Source: an uncultured Chlamydiales bacterium (GTDB lineage: Bacteria > Chlamydiota > Chlamydiia > Chlamydiales > JAAKFR01). Taken from it: a stretch of 64,000 bases of DNA. Where the stretch lies: positions 709,327 through 773,326 of the forward strand of contig OY969414.1 of assembly GCA_963699155.1 (NCBI GenBank), written 5' to 3'. The notes beneath the pieces were generated by a model. That model was given only the letters and a program-made list of their open reading frames with translations. It made no database searches and was not told the origin of the DNA. A program made the translations under genes and the position numbers. Below are positions 10,564-19,650 of this stretch, piece by piece (within the stretch, counting starts at the first letter, position 1; every line of letters starts with the position of its first letter).

Positions 10564-10619
10564 AGCCTAGTTTCTGGTTCATGATATCAAGACCCCAAAA
10601 GGGTTGCTACTCATTTCTG

Positions 10620-13600
10620 TTAAACAATTTTGGTAGAAATAGAGATCTGATCCTTAGTCACTTCTTTTTCATGGAAGTAGAGCAACATCGGTGCTGCCAC
10701 AAAGAGTGAGGAGAGCGTTCCGATGGCGATCCCTATCGTCAAAATGAAAGCAAAGCTGAAGATCGAGGGACCTCCAAAGAGGACAAGCGCAATCAGAACA
10801 ACAAGGGTTGTGCCTGAGGTCATCACCGTACGACTGAGTGTGGCATTGAGTGCATGGTTGATCATATCTTTGAAAGACATCTTACGCAGGTGGCGTAAGT
10901 CTTCGCGGATACGGTCAAAAATGATGATCGTGTCATTCAAAGAATAGCCGACAATGGTCATCAAGGCGGCGATCACTTGAAGGTCGATCTGGATTCCTTC
11001 GAAGAAGAAATGGCCGATGGCCAAAACTCCGACGGTGATCAAGATGTCATGGACAAGGCCAATGGTAGCGCTGATCGCATATTTGAACTCAAACCGGAAG
11101 GTGATGTAGATCAAAATGCAGAGGAGCGCTAGGACCAATCCAAAGAGGGCTTGGTTGCGCATCGTCTCGGAAAGCTGTCCACTCATCTCGGTCCAGTGCA
11201 GATTGAGTTGGGGCAGAGATGCAGGGTTGAGCTCTAAACCATCGCGAGCGAGTGCATCGACAATCCAGACGATACGGGGATACTCTTGATAGGTATAGAG
11301 AGGATTCTGCACAGGTGGCTTCTCATCCATACCAGCAAAGGGTTTGCCTGGCTGCTCCATCTTTGTTCCGAGCTGAAGGCGGAGCTGATTGGGTTTGTTG
11401 AGCTCTTGAATACGGAAATCACTGCGCGAAGCTCCCGCCTTGACAAGGGCATCTTCAGCCACTAATCGATAAGGGGTATCAGCTTTTTCCTTCAGTTCGA
11501 TCGTGAGGGCATAGCCTCCTGTAAAATCCATCCCAAAGATCGTGTCGCGCCCTTTGAAGAGGAAAAATCCTCCCAAGAGGATCACGATGAGCGAGGCTGA
11601 GATAGCTAATTTGGAATAGCTCAAGAAATCAAAATGGGTCTCTTTGAACAGACGGAACATCTTGAGCTCTTTGTGAGCGGGATTCTGAACCCATCCTGCA
11701 AAGAAGTAGCGTGTCAAGAAGAGGGCGGTGAACATCGAAGAGACGATACCGATGATCAGGGTCAGAGCAAACCCTTTGATCGGTCCTGAATCAAAGTTGA
11801 GCAGGATGACCGCCGCCAGAATAGTGGTCAGGTTGGAGTCGATAATTGCGCTAAAGGCTTTGCGATAACCGGCTGCCACTGCAGAGGGGAGCCGTTTGGT
11901 GAGCTCAAACTCTTCACGGATGCGCTCAAAGACAAGCACGTTGGCGTCGACAGACATCCCGACCGCCAAAATGATACCGGCGATACCGGGTAATGTCAGT
12001 GCCGCCCCTAAGTTCTGCAACACACCCCAGATGATGAGCAGGTTGAACAGGACAGCCACAGAGGCGACCACTCCGCTAAAGCGGTAGTAAGCGCACATGG
12101 TGGCGATGACCAAGATCAGCCCCAAAACAGCTGCGAAGATCCCTTGTGAACGCTGCTCCTGACCGAGGTCAGGGCTGACATTCTCTTCGGAGAGGATATG
12201 AGGAGTAAAGCTGAGAGAGCCCGCTTTCAAATCAGCTGCGAGCTGATTGATCTCACGCTGAGTGAAATGGCCAGAGATCCGCGCATTTTCACGTAAGGGA
12301 GAGTTCAGTGAGGGGGCGTTGATGATGGTGCCATTCAAGATGACCGCCATCCTCCATCCTTGACCCTGTGTATAGGCAGCGAGCGGAGTATTACCGATTT
12401 TCTCTTCGGAAAATTGGGAGGTCCACGCATAGAAATCATCTCGAGGACTGATCTTTTCGCCAGCCCTGTTAGCATAGCTCCCTTTGACGCTGAAATAGAG
12501 CATGTTTCCTTCAGAAGGATCGTAACCGGTCTGTACATCAGCTAGGTTGGCCCCTTCCAAGGCATAGTTGCGGAAGATCAACAACAAAGGATGGGTTTGC
12601 CCCTGCCAGTCAGCAAAGTCATTTCCTCTAAACATCCCGACAGCAGAAAGAGTGTCGTCAAAGACGCTCGAACGGGCTCCTGATTGGGGACCTGCCAAAT
12701 GAAGGCCATTATCATGGAGCAGCTTTGCATGGCTGCTCAGAGGATGAAATTCGCCTGCATTCTCAGGGTCGCCCCCTAAGTGTGTCCAAGCGATCTCATT
12801 CAAACTTTCTGGATCGGTGCGATTGGTGATCACCGCTTCATTCCAGACCTCCTCGAGGAAGGTGTTGACAGCTTCACGGAGCATCGGATTGCGAGGAGAG
12901 AATTTCTCATTCACAACATGGAAATACATCGCAGATGCCTGGATGAGATCGGCAGCAGAGAGACCCTGCGATCCAGGGAAATCGAGCACGATGGTCGATC
13001 CTTCGATGCGGATCCCTACTTCGGAAACTCCTAAGCGGTTGACCCTTTGATAGAGCTCGTTGACCGCTTGTTTCAGATCATCTTCATTGGTGATGGTCTG
13101 ATTGTTCTGATCCTTCAACCCGACGCGGACAGTTTTACCACCGGAAAGATCGAGACCCCATTTCAGAATTTTTCGATCATCGCCACGGAAATATTTGCGA
13201 GCACTGAGTGCTACATTATCCCAGACGATATTTTTTGTCGGAGCAGGCACATCGAGGCGAAGTTCACGGTCGACACTGACCTGCGCTTGCTTATATTCAT
13301 CGCGCCATTTCAAGAGATCTTCATGCATCCGTGTTTCGATTTTATTCAGTGTGAGGATGCGCTGCTCGACATCGGTAAATTCGAGCATAGCCTGCTTTTT
13401 GCTGCCTTTGGCAGAAAAATCTTCCCGAGTGGCCGCAAGCAGGTAGGAGTAGTAGTCATCGAGTTCAAAGATATAATCATTGTGATACTGACGAGGCAGA
13501 TCAGAAGAGGCTCCTGAGTAGCCTATGAAGCCATTTTGGCGCATCAGGTTGACTAGGGCATAGAAATCTTTCTCAAAAGCTGCCCTTTCGGGTCCTTCGG

Positions 13601-15176
13601 GAAGTTCCTGATACTTCTGGACGATACTATTGAGCCCACGCGCGATCACATAGATCGATCCACTGCGGAAACCCTCTTGGGTAGTCGCCTCCATAGCTGG
13701 AGCATAGATCACGAGGCCCAATTTCTGATTTTGAGCAGGCAGACGCTGGAACTCCGACCAGCTGTAGATAGGATAATCGCGGTGCGAGAGTTCTTTATCA
13801 ACTGGCTGCCAGCTATCGCGCAAAAGATGGGTCAGTTGAGAGCTGAGGCTAGCCGCGACGGCGCCGATATCGAGGGTGAGGAGGCTCGAGCTGTTTGTCA
13901 GCTTATTGAGAGCTATGACAAAGCCATTCAATGAGGGATTGATCGATTCATCGGCCTGACGAGCGACGCTTGCAATATCATTGAAGAGAAATTGATTCAG
14001 CTTTTCAGTGCGAATCGCCTCTGCTTCTGACGATGTCGTCTGATTGCGGAGGGTGGCTACATCGGGGTGCAGGTTTAAAATGATCAGATCCTTGTTCCAG
14101 TCGACAGTGAGGCTGGCAATGAAGGGATCGCGTGCTCCCAGTCGGAGCGTCTGAATCTTTTCGGCAGGGATAGCAGCCTTATCTAAAGCTGCGGCGATAT
14201 CGCTCCTCGTCAAAGGATTTTCACCCTTTGCAAAGGTGGAAGCATTCCTCTTCACAATCGAAGCTGCCGATGAGAGAATGTTCTTCTGATTTTCTAAAAT
14301 TTCGAGACGCTGTTGCTGAACTGAAGAGAGAAACTTCCCTTCCTGCTGTAGTTTCGTCTGTTCTTCGCGGATCGACTGGGTATTTTGGGAGATCTTTTGC
14401 GAAAGGGTCTCTATTTTAGCGATAAACTTATGGATCAGGTCGCTCCTGTTTTCGATGCCCGAGAGCTGGCTGAAACTGGCAAAATAGCGTTGAGTGATGG
14501 GATTCTGATCGCCGAAGGCATTTTCATACTCGACGATGCTGCGAGCGAGATGGAGAATCTCATCATCAGTTTCGGTTCCAGAAGAGATCCTTTTTAAAAC
14601 CTTGCTAGGGGTACTTTCACCGCCAAAACCGAGGGCGAGCTGGAGGAGCCGATCATCGATCAATTTTTTATACTCCGCCGAGACATTGCCTTGGGCGTCT
14701 AGCTTCGGCACATAATGGAAAAAGGTATCGAGCTGTTGAGGATCGAGGTGGGTGCCAATTTTTCTCTGCACCGTGACCGTTTTGGTCCCTTTTTCAAAAG
14801 ATCTAGGATCTGGGCTCAGCTGAGCGGGGACAAAGGGGATCAGCGCTCCGGCTCTAAAGAGCGTTTTAGCGAAGAATTCAGCATCAGCTTCTGTTGGGAA
14901 AGTCACGGTGGCGATGCGGGAATCTTGAGGATTCAAAACAATTTCGGTCGGCTTGAGACCCAAATTTTTACTTTGGGCACGAAGCCAGGAGATAGTAAAA
15001 TCTTCGAGATTATTGACCCGCTCAGAAATCCCCTGGGCCACCTGGGTAGCCTCCTTACTGCCGATCGGTTTTTTCAACGGATTAGCATAATAAAAAACAG
15101 TTGGGAGAATATTATAGAGCGTGAGAAGGACGACTGCCAAAATGAGATAAAATTGCCACCGTTTTTGTCTTTCCAT
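10620..15176 (-). CDS. secDF: Protein-export membrane protein SecD/SecF fusion
   Basis: 1518 aa. It has an N-terminal TM helix, a very large periplasmic domain, then two 6-TM SecD- and SecF-type blocks (GLDLSGG, IIGIVSSMFTA..., LNDTIIIFDRIRE). The long fused form is the known chlamydial architecture. Confidence 0.95.
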   Translation of the reverse strand: MERQKRWQFYLILAVVLLTLYNILPTVFYYANPLKKPIGSKEATQVAQGISERVNNLEDFTISWLRAQSKNLGLKPTEIVLNPQDSRIATVTFPTEADAEFFAKTLFRAGALIPFVPAQLSPDPRSFEKGTKTVTVQRKIGTHLDPQQLDTFFHYVPKLDAQGNVSAEYKKLIDDRLLQLALGFGGESTPSKVLKRISSGTETDDEILHLARSIVEYENAFGDQNPITQRYFASFSQLSGIENRSDLIHKFIAKIETLSQKISQNTQSIREEQTKLQQEGKFLSSVQQQRLEILENQKNILSSAASIVKRNASTFAKGENPLTRSDIAAALDKAAIPAEKIQTLRLGARDPFIASLTVDWNKDLIILNLHPDVATLRNQTTSSEAEAIRTEKLNQFLFNDIASVARQADESINPSLNGFVIALNKLTNSSSLLTLDIGAVAASLSSQLTHLLRDSWQPVDKELSHRDYPIYSWSEFQRLPAQNQKLGLVIYAPAMEATTQEGFRSGSIYVIARGLNSIVQKYQELPEGPERAAFEKDFYALVNLMRQNGFIGYSGASSDLPRQYHNDYIFELDDYYSYLLAATREDFSAKGSKKQAMLEFTDVEQRILTLNKIETRMHEDLLKWRDEYKQAQVSVDRELRLDVPAPTKNIVWDNVALSARKYFRGDDRKILKWGLDLSGGKTVRVGLKDQNNQTITNEDDLKQAVNELYQRVNRLGVSEVGIRIEGSTIVLDFPGSQGLSAADLIQASAMYFHVVNEKFSPRNPMLREAVNTFLEEVWNEAVITNRTDPESLNEIAWTHLGGDPENAGEFHPLSSHAKLLHDNGLHLAGPQSGARSSVFDDTLSAVGMFRGNDFADWQGQTHPLLLIFRNYALEGANLADVQTGYDPSEGNMLYFSVKGSYANRAGEKISPRDDFYAWTSQFSEEKIGNTPLAAYTQGQGWRMAVILNGTIINAPSLNSPLRENARISGHFTQREINQLAADLKAGSLSFTPHILSEENVSPDLGQEQRSQGIFAAVLGLILVIATMCAYYRFSGVVASVAVLFNLLIIWGVLQNLGAALTLPGIAGIILAVGMSVDANVLVFERIREEFELTKRLPSAVAAGYRKAFSAIIDSNLTTILAAVILLNFDSGPIKGFALTLIIGIVSSMFTALFLTRYFFAGWVQNPAHKELKMFRLFKETHFDFLSYSKLAISASLIVILLGGFFLFKGRDTIFGMDFTGGYALTIELKEKADTPYRLVAEDALVKAGASRSDFRIQELNKPNQLRLQLGTKMEQPGKPFAGMDEKPPVQNPLYTYQEYPRIVWIVDALARDGLELNPASLPQLNLHWTEMSGQLSETMRNQALFGLVLALLCILIYITFRFEFKYAISATIGLVHDILITVGVLAIGHFFFEGIQIDLQVIAALMTIVGYSLNDTIIIFDRIREDLRHLRKMSFKDMINHALNATLSRTVMTSGTTLVVLIALVLFGGPSIFSFAFILTIGIAIGTLSSLFVAAPMLLYFHEKEVTKDQISISTKIV

Positions 15177-15293
15177 GGTTAACCTTAAATTCTAGGATAA
15201 ACCGGTAACAATAACACTCTTTGCAGCAATCTGTCAAATAGAGCGTGAAGGCTGATATTGTTCCAAAAGAGGCGATCCTGTATTTTGGCACGG

Positions 15294-16067
15294 ATGTCTG
15301 TAGATTGCGAACCTGTCCAAAAAAAGTCTTTAGTCTATTCGGTTGATGAGCTCGATCTGGCGGCTAGCCGGCCATTGCCGGGGCATGTAGCGATCATCAT
15401 GGATGGCAACCGAAGGTGGGCGCGCCAGCAAAAGGGAGCTTCCCTACTGTCGGGCCATTGGGCGGGGGCTAATCGATTGATCCAGATCTTGGAGGCCTCT
15501 TCCGATCTAGGAATTAAAACTCTCACAGTCTATGGCTTTTCTACGGAGAACTGGGGGCGTACGCCTGCAGAAGTGGAGATGCTTCTTCAGATTCTTTATT
15601 CATTTTTAGAGAGTAACCGCCAAAGAATGGTGGAACAGAATGTCCGTTTCCATGCGATCGGAGATCTGAAACCCTTTTCCAGTGATTTGAAAAAATGCAT
15701 TGAAAATACATGCCGTGCGACGGAAGGGAACAGGAAGATCGATTTTGTGATTGCGCTCAATTATGGCGGAAGAGATGAGATGCGCCGGGTCATGGTGAAA
15801 ATCGCTGAAGATGTCAAAGAGGGCAAACTGAGACCTGATACGATCAGTGAAAAAATCATTTCCAACTATATGGACACCGCCCCTTTCGGTGACCCCGATC
15901 TCTTGATCCGAACAAGTGGTGAAAAGAGAATCAGCAATTTTCTTCTCTGGCAGCTGGCCTATACCGAAGTCTACATGACAGAGATCCTTTGGCCCGATTT
16001 CACGCCACGAGATCTTCTAGAGGCAGTTATCGATTTTCAAAAGCGTCAAAGACGGATTGGTAGATGA
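15294..16067 (+). CDS. uppS: Undecaprenyl-diphosphate synthase
   Basis: HVAIIMDGNRRWA, FSTENWGR and RTSGEKRISNFLLWQLAYTE motifs. The ORF opens at a TTG at 15258, and I prefer the first ATG at 15294, so the start is uncertain. Confidence 0.9.
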   Translation: MSVDCEPVQKKSLVYSVDELDLAASRPLPGHVAIIMDGNRRWARQQKGASLLSGHWAGANRLIQILEASSDLGIKTLTVYGFSTENWGRTPAEVEMLLQILYSFLESNRQRMVEQNVRFHAIGDLKPFSSDLKKCIENTCRATEGNRKIDFVIALNYGGRDEMRRVMVKIAEDVKEGKLRPDTISEKIISNYMDTAPFGDPDLLIRTSGEKRISNFLLWQLAYTEVYMTEILWPDFTPRDLLEAVIDFQKRQRRIGR

Positions 16068-16966
16068 GCGAGAAAAAGCATAAAACGGATCGGCAAACGA
16101 ACCGGGCAAAGAGTCATGATCTGGGGATCCGTACGCTGATCAATGGGGTGAGCGCCCTCTTGATCGCCCTACTGATCTTTCTCGCTCATTACCCTGCGCT
16201 CCGCTGGCTTTTTGCAGCAGTCGTCGCTGCGGTTGGCGCTCTTGCGGTTTGGGAATATGATTCCTTAGTGAAGAAGAAGGGGATTCTTCCTGCTGTGGCG
16301 CTCTCGATAATCACCGTGATCCTCTACATCTTTGCTGTTTTTATCAAGACTCAGGGACCTTATTCTTGGGGAAATAATTTGATCTCACTATTGCCTGTGA
16401 TGATCTTAGGAGCGGCTTTCTTAGCCTCGTTTATCTATTTTGCCATTCGTGAACTGCCTCCTATCACACATGTTTCCACAACCTTTTTTGGGATTCTCTA
16501 TATCGCCATACCGCTTGGATTGTTCAATAATATTATCTTCGCTGTAGAAGGGCTCTGGTGGATCATCTATCTGATTGCAGTGACGAAAAGCGCCGACATC
16601 GGAGGCTATTTTATCGGGAGCGCTTTTGGAAAGAGGAAATTGGCATTAAAACTGAGCCCTAAAAAGACCCTTGAAGGGGCTTTAGGGGGCCTTATTGCCT
16701 CCATCGTGATGAGTCTCATCCTTTGCTGTCTTGGCAAAAAGTTCGGAGTTTTTGCCTATTTTACCTATTTAGAGGCCGTTGGGATGGGGCTTCTTTTAGG
16801 GATTTTAGGTCAGATAGGTGATCTTGCTGAATCCTTTCTCAAAAGGGATGCAGGAGTCAAAGATAGCAATACCCTTCCAGGAGTAGGTGGCCTTCTAGAT
16901 ATGGTCGACTCTCTTCTCTTTACGGCCCCTCTGGTCTATCTCTACTTAAAAATGAAGGCCCCCTAG
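16064..16966 (+). CDS. cdsA: Phosphatidate cytidylyltransferase
   Basis: Multi-TM protein carrying the CdsA signature region (SPKKTLEG, GDLAESFLKRDAGVKDS, PGVGGLLD). Its ATG overlaps the uppS stop. Confidence 0.9.
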   Translation: MSEKKHKTDRQTNRAKSHDLGIRTLINGVSALLIALLIFLAHYPALRWLFAAVVAAVGALAVWEYDSLVKKKGILPAVALSIITVILYIFAVFIKTQGPYSWGNNLISLLPVMILGAAFLASFIYFAIRELPPITHVSTTFFGILYIAIPLGLFNNIIFAVEGLWWIIYLIAVTKSADIGGYFIGSAFGKRKLALKLSPKKTLEGALGGLIASIVMSLILCCLGKKFGVFAYFTYLEAVGMGLLLGILGQIGDLAESFLKRDAGVKDSNTLPGVGGLLDMVDSLLFTAPLVYLYLKMKAP

Positions 16967-17626
16967 GTGATTATTACGATTGATGGCCCTGCAGGGACAG
17001 GAAAAACAACGATTGCCCGTGAGCTAGCGGAGAAATTGAAATTTCGCTACTTCGACACGGGCGCGATGTACCGCGCCCTCACCTACTGCGTCCTAAAAAA
17101 TCGGACAGATATTTTTGATGAAACGGCTTTAGAAGAACTTTTGAAAGGTTTCAAGTTTGACATACAAGAGGAGAAGGGGGGGAAGCGCTATTTGGCGAAC
17201 GATGAGGATGTCACTGAGGTGATCCGCTCGGGAGAGGTGACCCAAAAAGTATCGGAGGTTTCTGCCCTCGCAGTTGTCCGAAAGGCGATCGTGGCGATTC
17301 AGCGCACGTTTGGAAAGGAAAAAAACGCTGTTTTTGAGGGCAGGGATATGGGTACTGTAGTTTTTCCTGAGGCTGAATTGAAGATCTATCTGACAGCAAG
17401 ACCTGCGGTGCGTGCAGAGAGACGCTATCTTGAGTTGAAAGACAAAAAGATACCGATCAAAGCTGAGGATGTGCTGCAAGAGTTAATCGAAAGGGATCAT
17501 TTCGACTCCACACGCGAAATCTCTCCCCTCAAACAGGCTCCTGACGCGTTTGTGATCGATACCTCCGATCTGACGATTGAACAGGTTTTAGAATCTATTT
17601 TAGCCAAACTCCCTAAGAAAAAATGA
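16967..17626 (+). CDS. cmk: Cytidylate kinase
   Basis: ITIDGPAGTGKTT P-loop, FDTGAMYRA and EGRDMGTVVFP motifs. GTG start immediately after the cdsA stop. Confidence 0.9.
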   Translation: MIITIDGPAGTGKTTIARELAEKLKFRYFDTGAMYRALTYCVLKNRTDIFDETALEELLKGFKFDIQEEKGGKRYLANDEDVTEVIRSGEVTQKVSEVSALAVVRKAIVAIQRTFGKEKNAVFEGRDMGTVVFPEAELKIYLTARPAVRAERRYLELKDKKIPIKAEDVLQELIERDHFDSTREISPLKQAPDAFVIDTSDLTIEQVLESILAKLPKKK

Positions 17627-18258
17627 TCCGACTTTTCTGCATTTTCTGTGTCTGGCTCTTTGTAAAGATCTTCTATCATCACAAGGTCTACGGTAAGAAA
17701 AACATTCCCAAAGGGGGCGGAATGATCGCTCCCAACCACTCCTCCTTCCTCGACCCGCCGCTTGTAGGCGTTTCTTGCCCCGGTAAGGTCCTTTTTTTAG
17801 CACGCGAATCTCTCTTTCATCCACGCGCCTTTGCTTGGCTCTTATGGCAGCTTAACACGCACCCTGTTAGCAAAGGTAAGGGAAACATCAGCACATTAAA
17901 AACGGCCCTAGAGATTATTCAAAGTGGGGAAAAGGTGGTCATCTTTCCTGAAGGAAAGCGCTCGATGGATGGACAATTACAAGCAGGGCAGCTAGGTGTG
18001 GGGATGCTCGTTCAGAAAGCACACTGCAGAGTCATTCCTGTCTATGTCCATGGCACCTTCGACGCCTGGAATTCCAATCGAAAATATCCCAAACTGAAAG
18101 GTAAAACCGCCTGTATCTTTGGGAAACCAATTGAGTTTGCCTCCAGCTCTTCTGAAGATCGTAAAGAGGCTCAAGCGGAGATTGTCCACGAGATCATGAA
18201 AAAAATTGGTGAGCTTCGCGACTGGTATCTCGCGGGCGCGCGGGGAAAACCCCCTTAA
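17623..18258 (+). CDS. plsC: 1-acyl-sn-glycerol-3-phosphate acyltransferase
   Basis: Acyltransferase motifs NHSSFLDP (HX4D) and FPEGKRS. It overlaps the cmk stop by 4 bp. Confidence 0.85.
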   Translation: MIRLFCIFCVWLFVKIFYHHKVYGKKNIPKGGGMIAPNHSSFLDPPLVGVSCPGKVLFLARESLFHPRAFAWLLWQLNTHPVSKGKGNISTLKTALEIIQSGEKVVIFPEGKRSMDGQLQAGQLGVGMLVQKAHCRVIPVYVHGTFDAWNSNRKYPKLKGKTACIFGKPIEFASSSSEDRKEAQAEIVHEIMKKIGELRDWYLAGARGKPP

Positions 18259-18342
18259 GAGAGCTTCACTTTTATGCCCCCTTCCCCTTTAGAGAGCTTC
18301 GCTTTCATGCCCCCTTCCCCTTAAGGTAGCTTCACTTTCATG
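18255..18342. repeat. 33-bp tandem repeat (about 2.7 copies) spanning the plsC stop and the 3' end of the convergent gene
   Basis: Unit 1 is ttaagagagcttcacttttatgcccccttcccc and unit 2 is tttagagagcttcgctttcatgcccccttcccc. A partial unit 3, ttaaggtagcttcactttcatg, is the real 3' end (..MKVKLP*) of the minus-strand gene. Confidence 0.85.
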
Positions 18343-19541
18343 AGTGAAAAGCTCTGACGAGGGCCGGAAGGGGATGGATTGGCCCTCTCTTTGATAAAAT
18401 TGCCCACACGAGTTCCGAAGGAGGGGAATTCACCCTCCTGTTTTTGGCTGAAATTGAGTCCTGTACACTCGGTGTAGAGACGACCAATCATGGTCGTGAG
18501 TTCATCTCTGCGGCACCAGCCGATCGCACTATTAGACTCGAGGATGAAGCAGATCTCTTCAGTAATGATGACGCCGATCGCATGCTCTCCTTGATGTTCT
18601 CCCGTATGGGTATAAACAGGGTGAGACATTTTATAAGCTCCACAAGAGGCTGTCTCGAGGCTTTTTAATATCTCCTGTGGAGGCCTGTCGTAATGGATCA
18701 CGGATTCAATCTTTAACCCTGAATACTCTAACGCGGCTTCCATGCGCTCTTTTTCAGAATCATCGAACTCCTTGCTTTTTTCAGCAGCTGTTAAAGCAGA
18801 GGCGAGCATTTTGCCTTCGAAGGGATGCCCCTTTTGCTGAAGCCATTTTTTCATAAAGCTGACAAGCCCTTCAGATTTATCACTATTCAAATAGCCTTCT
18901 ACAGCATCCAGAATAGGTTCTTCCTCTTTTAATTTTTTTTGACTCCACTTTTCTCTTTCTTGGGCGACAGTCGATGATCCATCGAGGATTTGACAGAGGC
19001 TTGTGACGACAAAGGTATAATAAATGCGCTGTGTATAGAGCTTCTCATAGACTTTTTGAATCTGCGCCCCTTCCAGAGGCGAGCCACCACGGAAATAGGG
19101 CAATACCTCTTCGATATTGTAGGTTTCCAGCCATTTTCGTAGAAAGAGAGCCACATTTCCGAAGCAGTGTCCCTCAGTGTGAGGTTTTGGGATGATGGGA
19201 TTTCGAGTGGGTTCGAAACCATGGCTTTTGGCTCGTTCATAAACCTTCTCATCGATGGATATGGGGTTTCTTTTCAATTCCACATAGAGGGGTAGCTCCT
19301 CCCATCTGCCAAAATTCCTTGTATGGCAGAGAATACGTCCCCCAAAAATCCCCTTTTCCGTGAAGCAATCTATGGTGAGTAGACAATAGAGGGCGTGCTG
19401 GACTATGTAGCCAATCAGTAGAAGGCAATCCAGTAGAGTATCGAAAATGGACTGAACGACATTTTTGAGCGAACAGGGCGGACCAGTACTTTTTTGTGTA
19501 AAAAGAGAAGCAGGTGTTGTGGAAACCCCTTCAATTGCCAT
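18321..19541 (-). CDS. Hypothetical protein (406 aa) with an N-terminal hydrophobic segment. Weak Cys...His motif hint of a papain-like peptidase
   Basis: Long ORF with an AT-rich upstream region. A hydrophobic stretch lies at about aa 27-60. HTEGHCFGNVALF and GEHAIGVII...ILESNS could be a Cys/His/(Asn,Glu) arrangement, but this is motif-level only. Confidence 0.65.
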   Translation of the reverse strand: MAIEGVSTTPASLFTQKSTGPPCSLKNVVQSIFDTLLDCLLLIGYIVQHALYCLLTIDCFTEKGIFGGRILCHTRNFGRWEELPLYVELKRNPISIDEKVYERAKSHGFEPTRNPIIPKPHTEGHCFGNVALFLRKWLETYNIEEVLPYFRGGSPLEGAQIQKVYEKLYTQRIYYTFVVTSLCQILDGSSTVAQEREKWSQKKLKEEEPILDAVEGYLNSDKSEGLVSFMKKWLQQKGHPFEGKMLASALTAAEKSKEFDDSEKERMEAALEYSGLKIESVIHYDRPPQEILKSLETASCGAYKMSHPVYTHTGEHQGEHAIGVIITEEICFILESNSAIGWCRRDELTTMIGRLYTECTGLNFSQKQEGEFPSFGTRVGNFIKERANPSPSGPRQSFSLMKVKLP

Positions 19542-19650
19542 TTAAACCTCTCAACCAAAATATATTATATAATATAAAAAAATATTATCCTATTGTTAAA
19601 AATATTTGTATACTTTCGATTTTGAAGAGATACTGGTACCATCCTGATCT

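Noticed and set aside
10723..15182. Many plus-strand ORFs of 60-156 aa inside secDF (for example 13047-13517 and 14715-15182). Similar antisense ORFs lie inside fusA (35463-36002, 35983-36561), gltX, tsp, recJ, argS, the RND gene and others.
   Set aside because: All are antisense to, or out of frame with, long genes that have unambiguous family signatures. None has a recognisable motif of its own.
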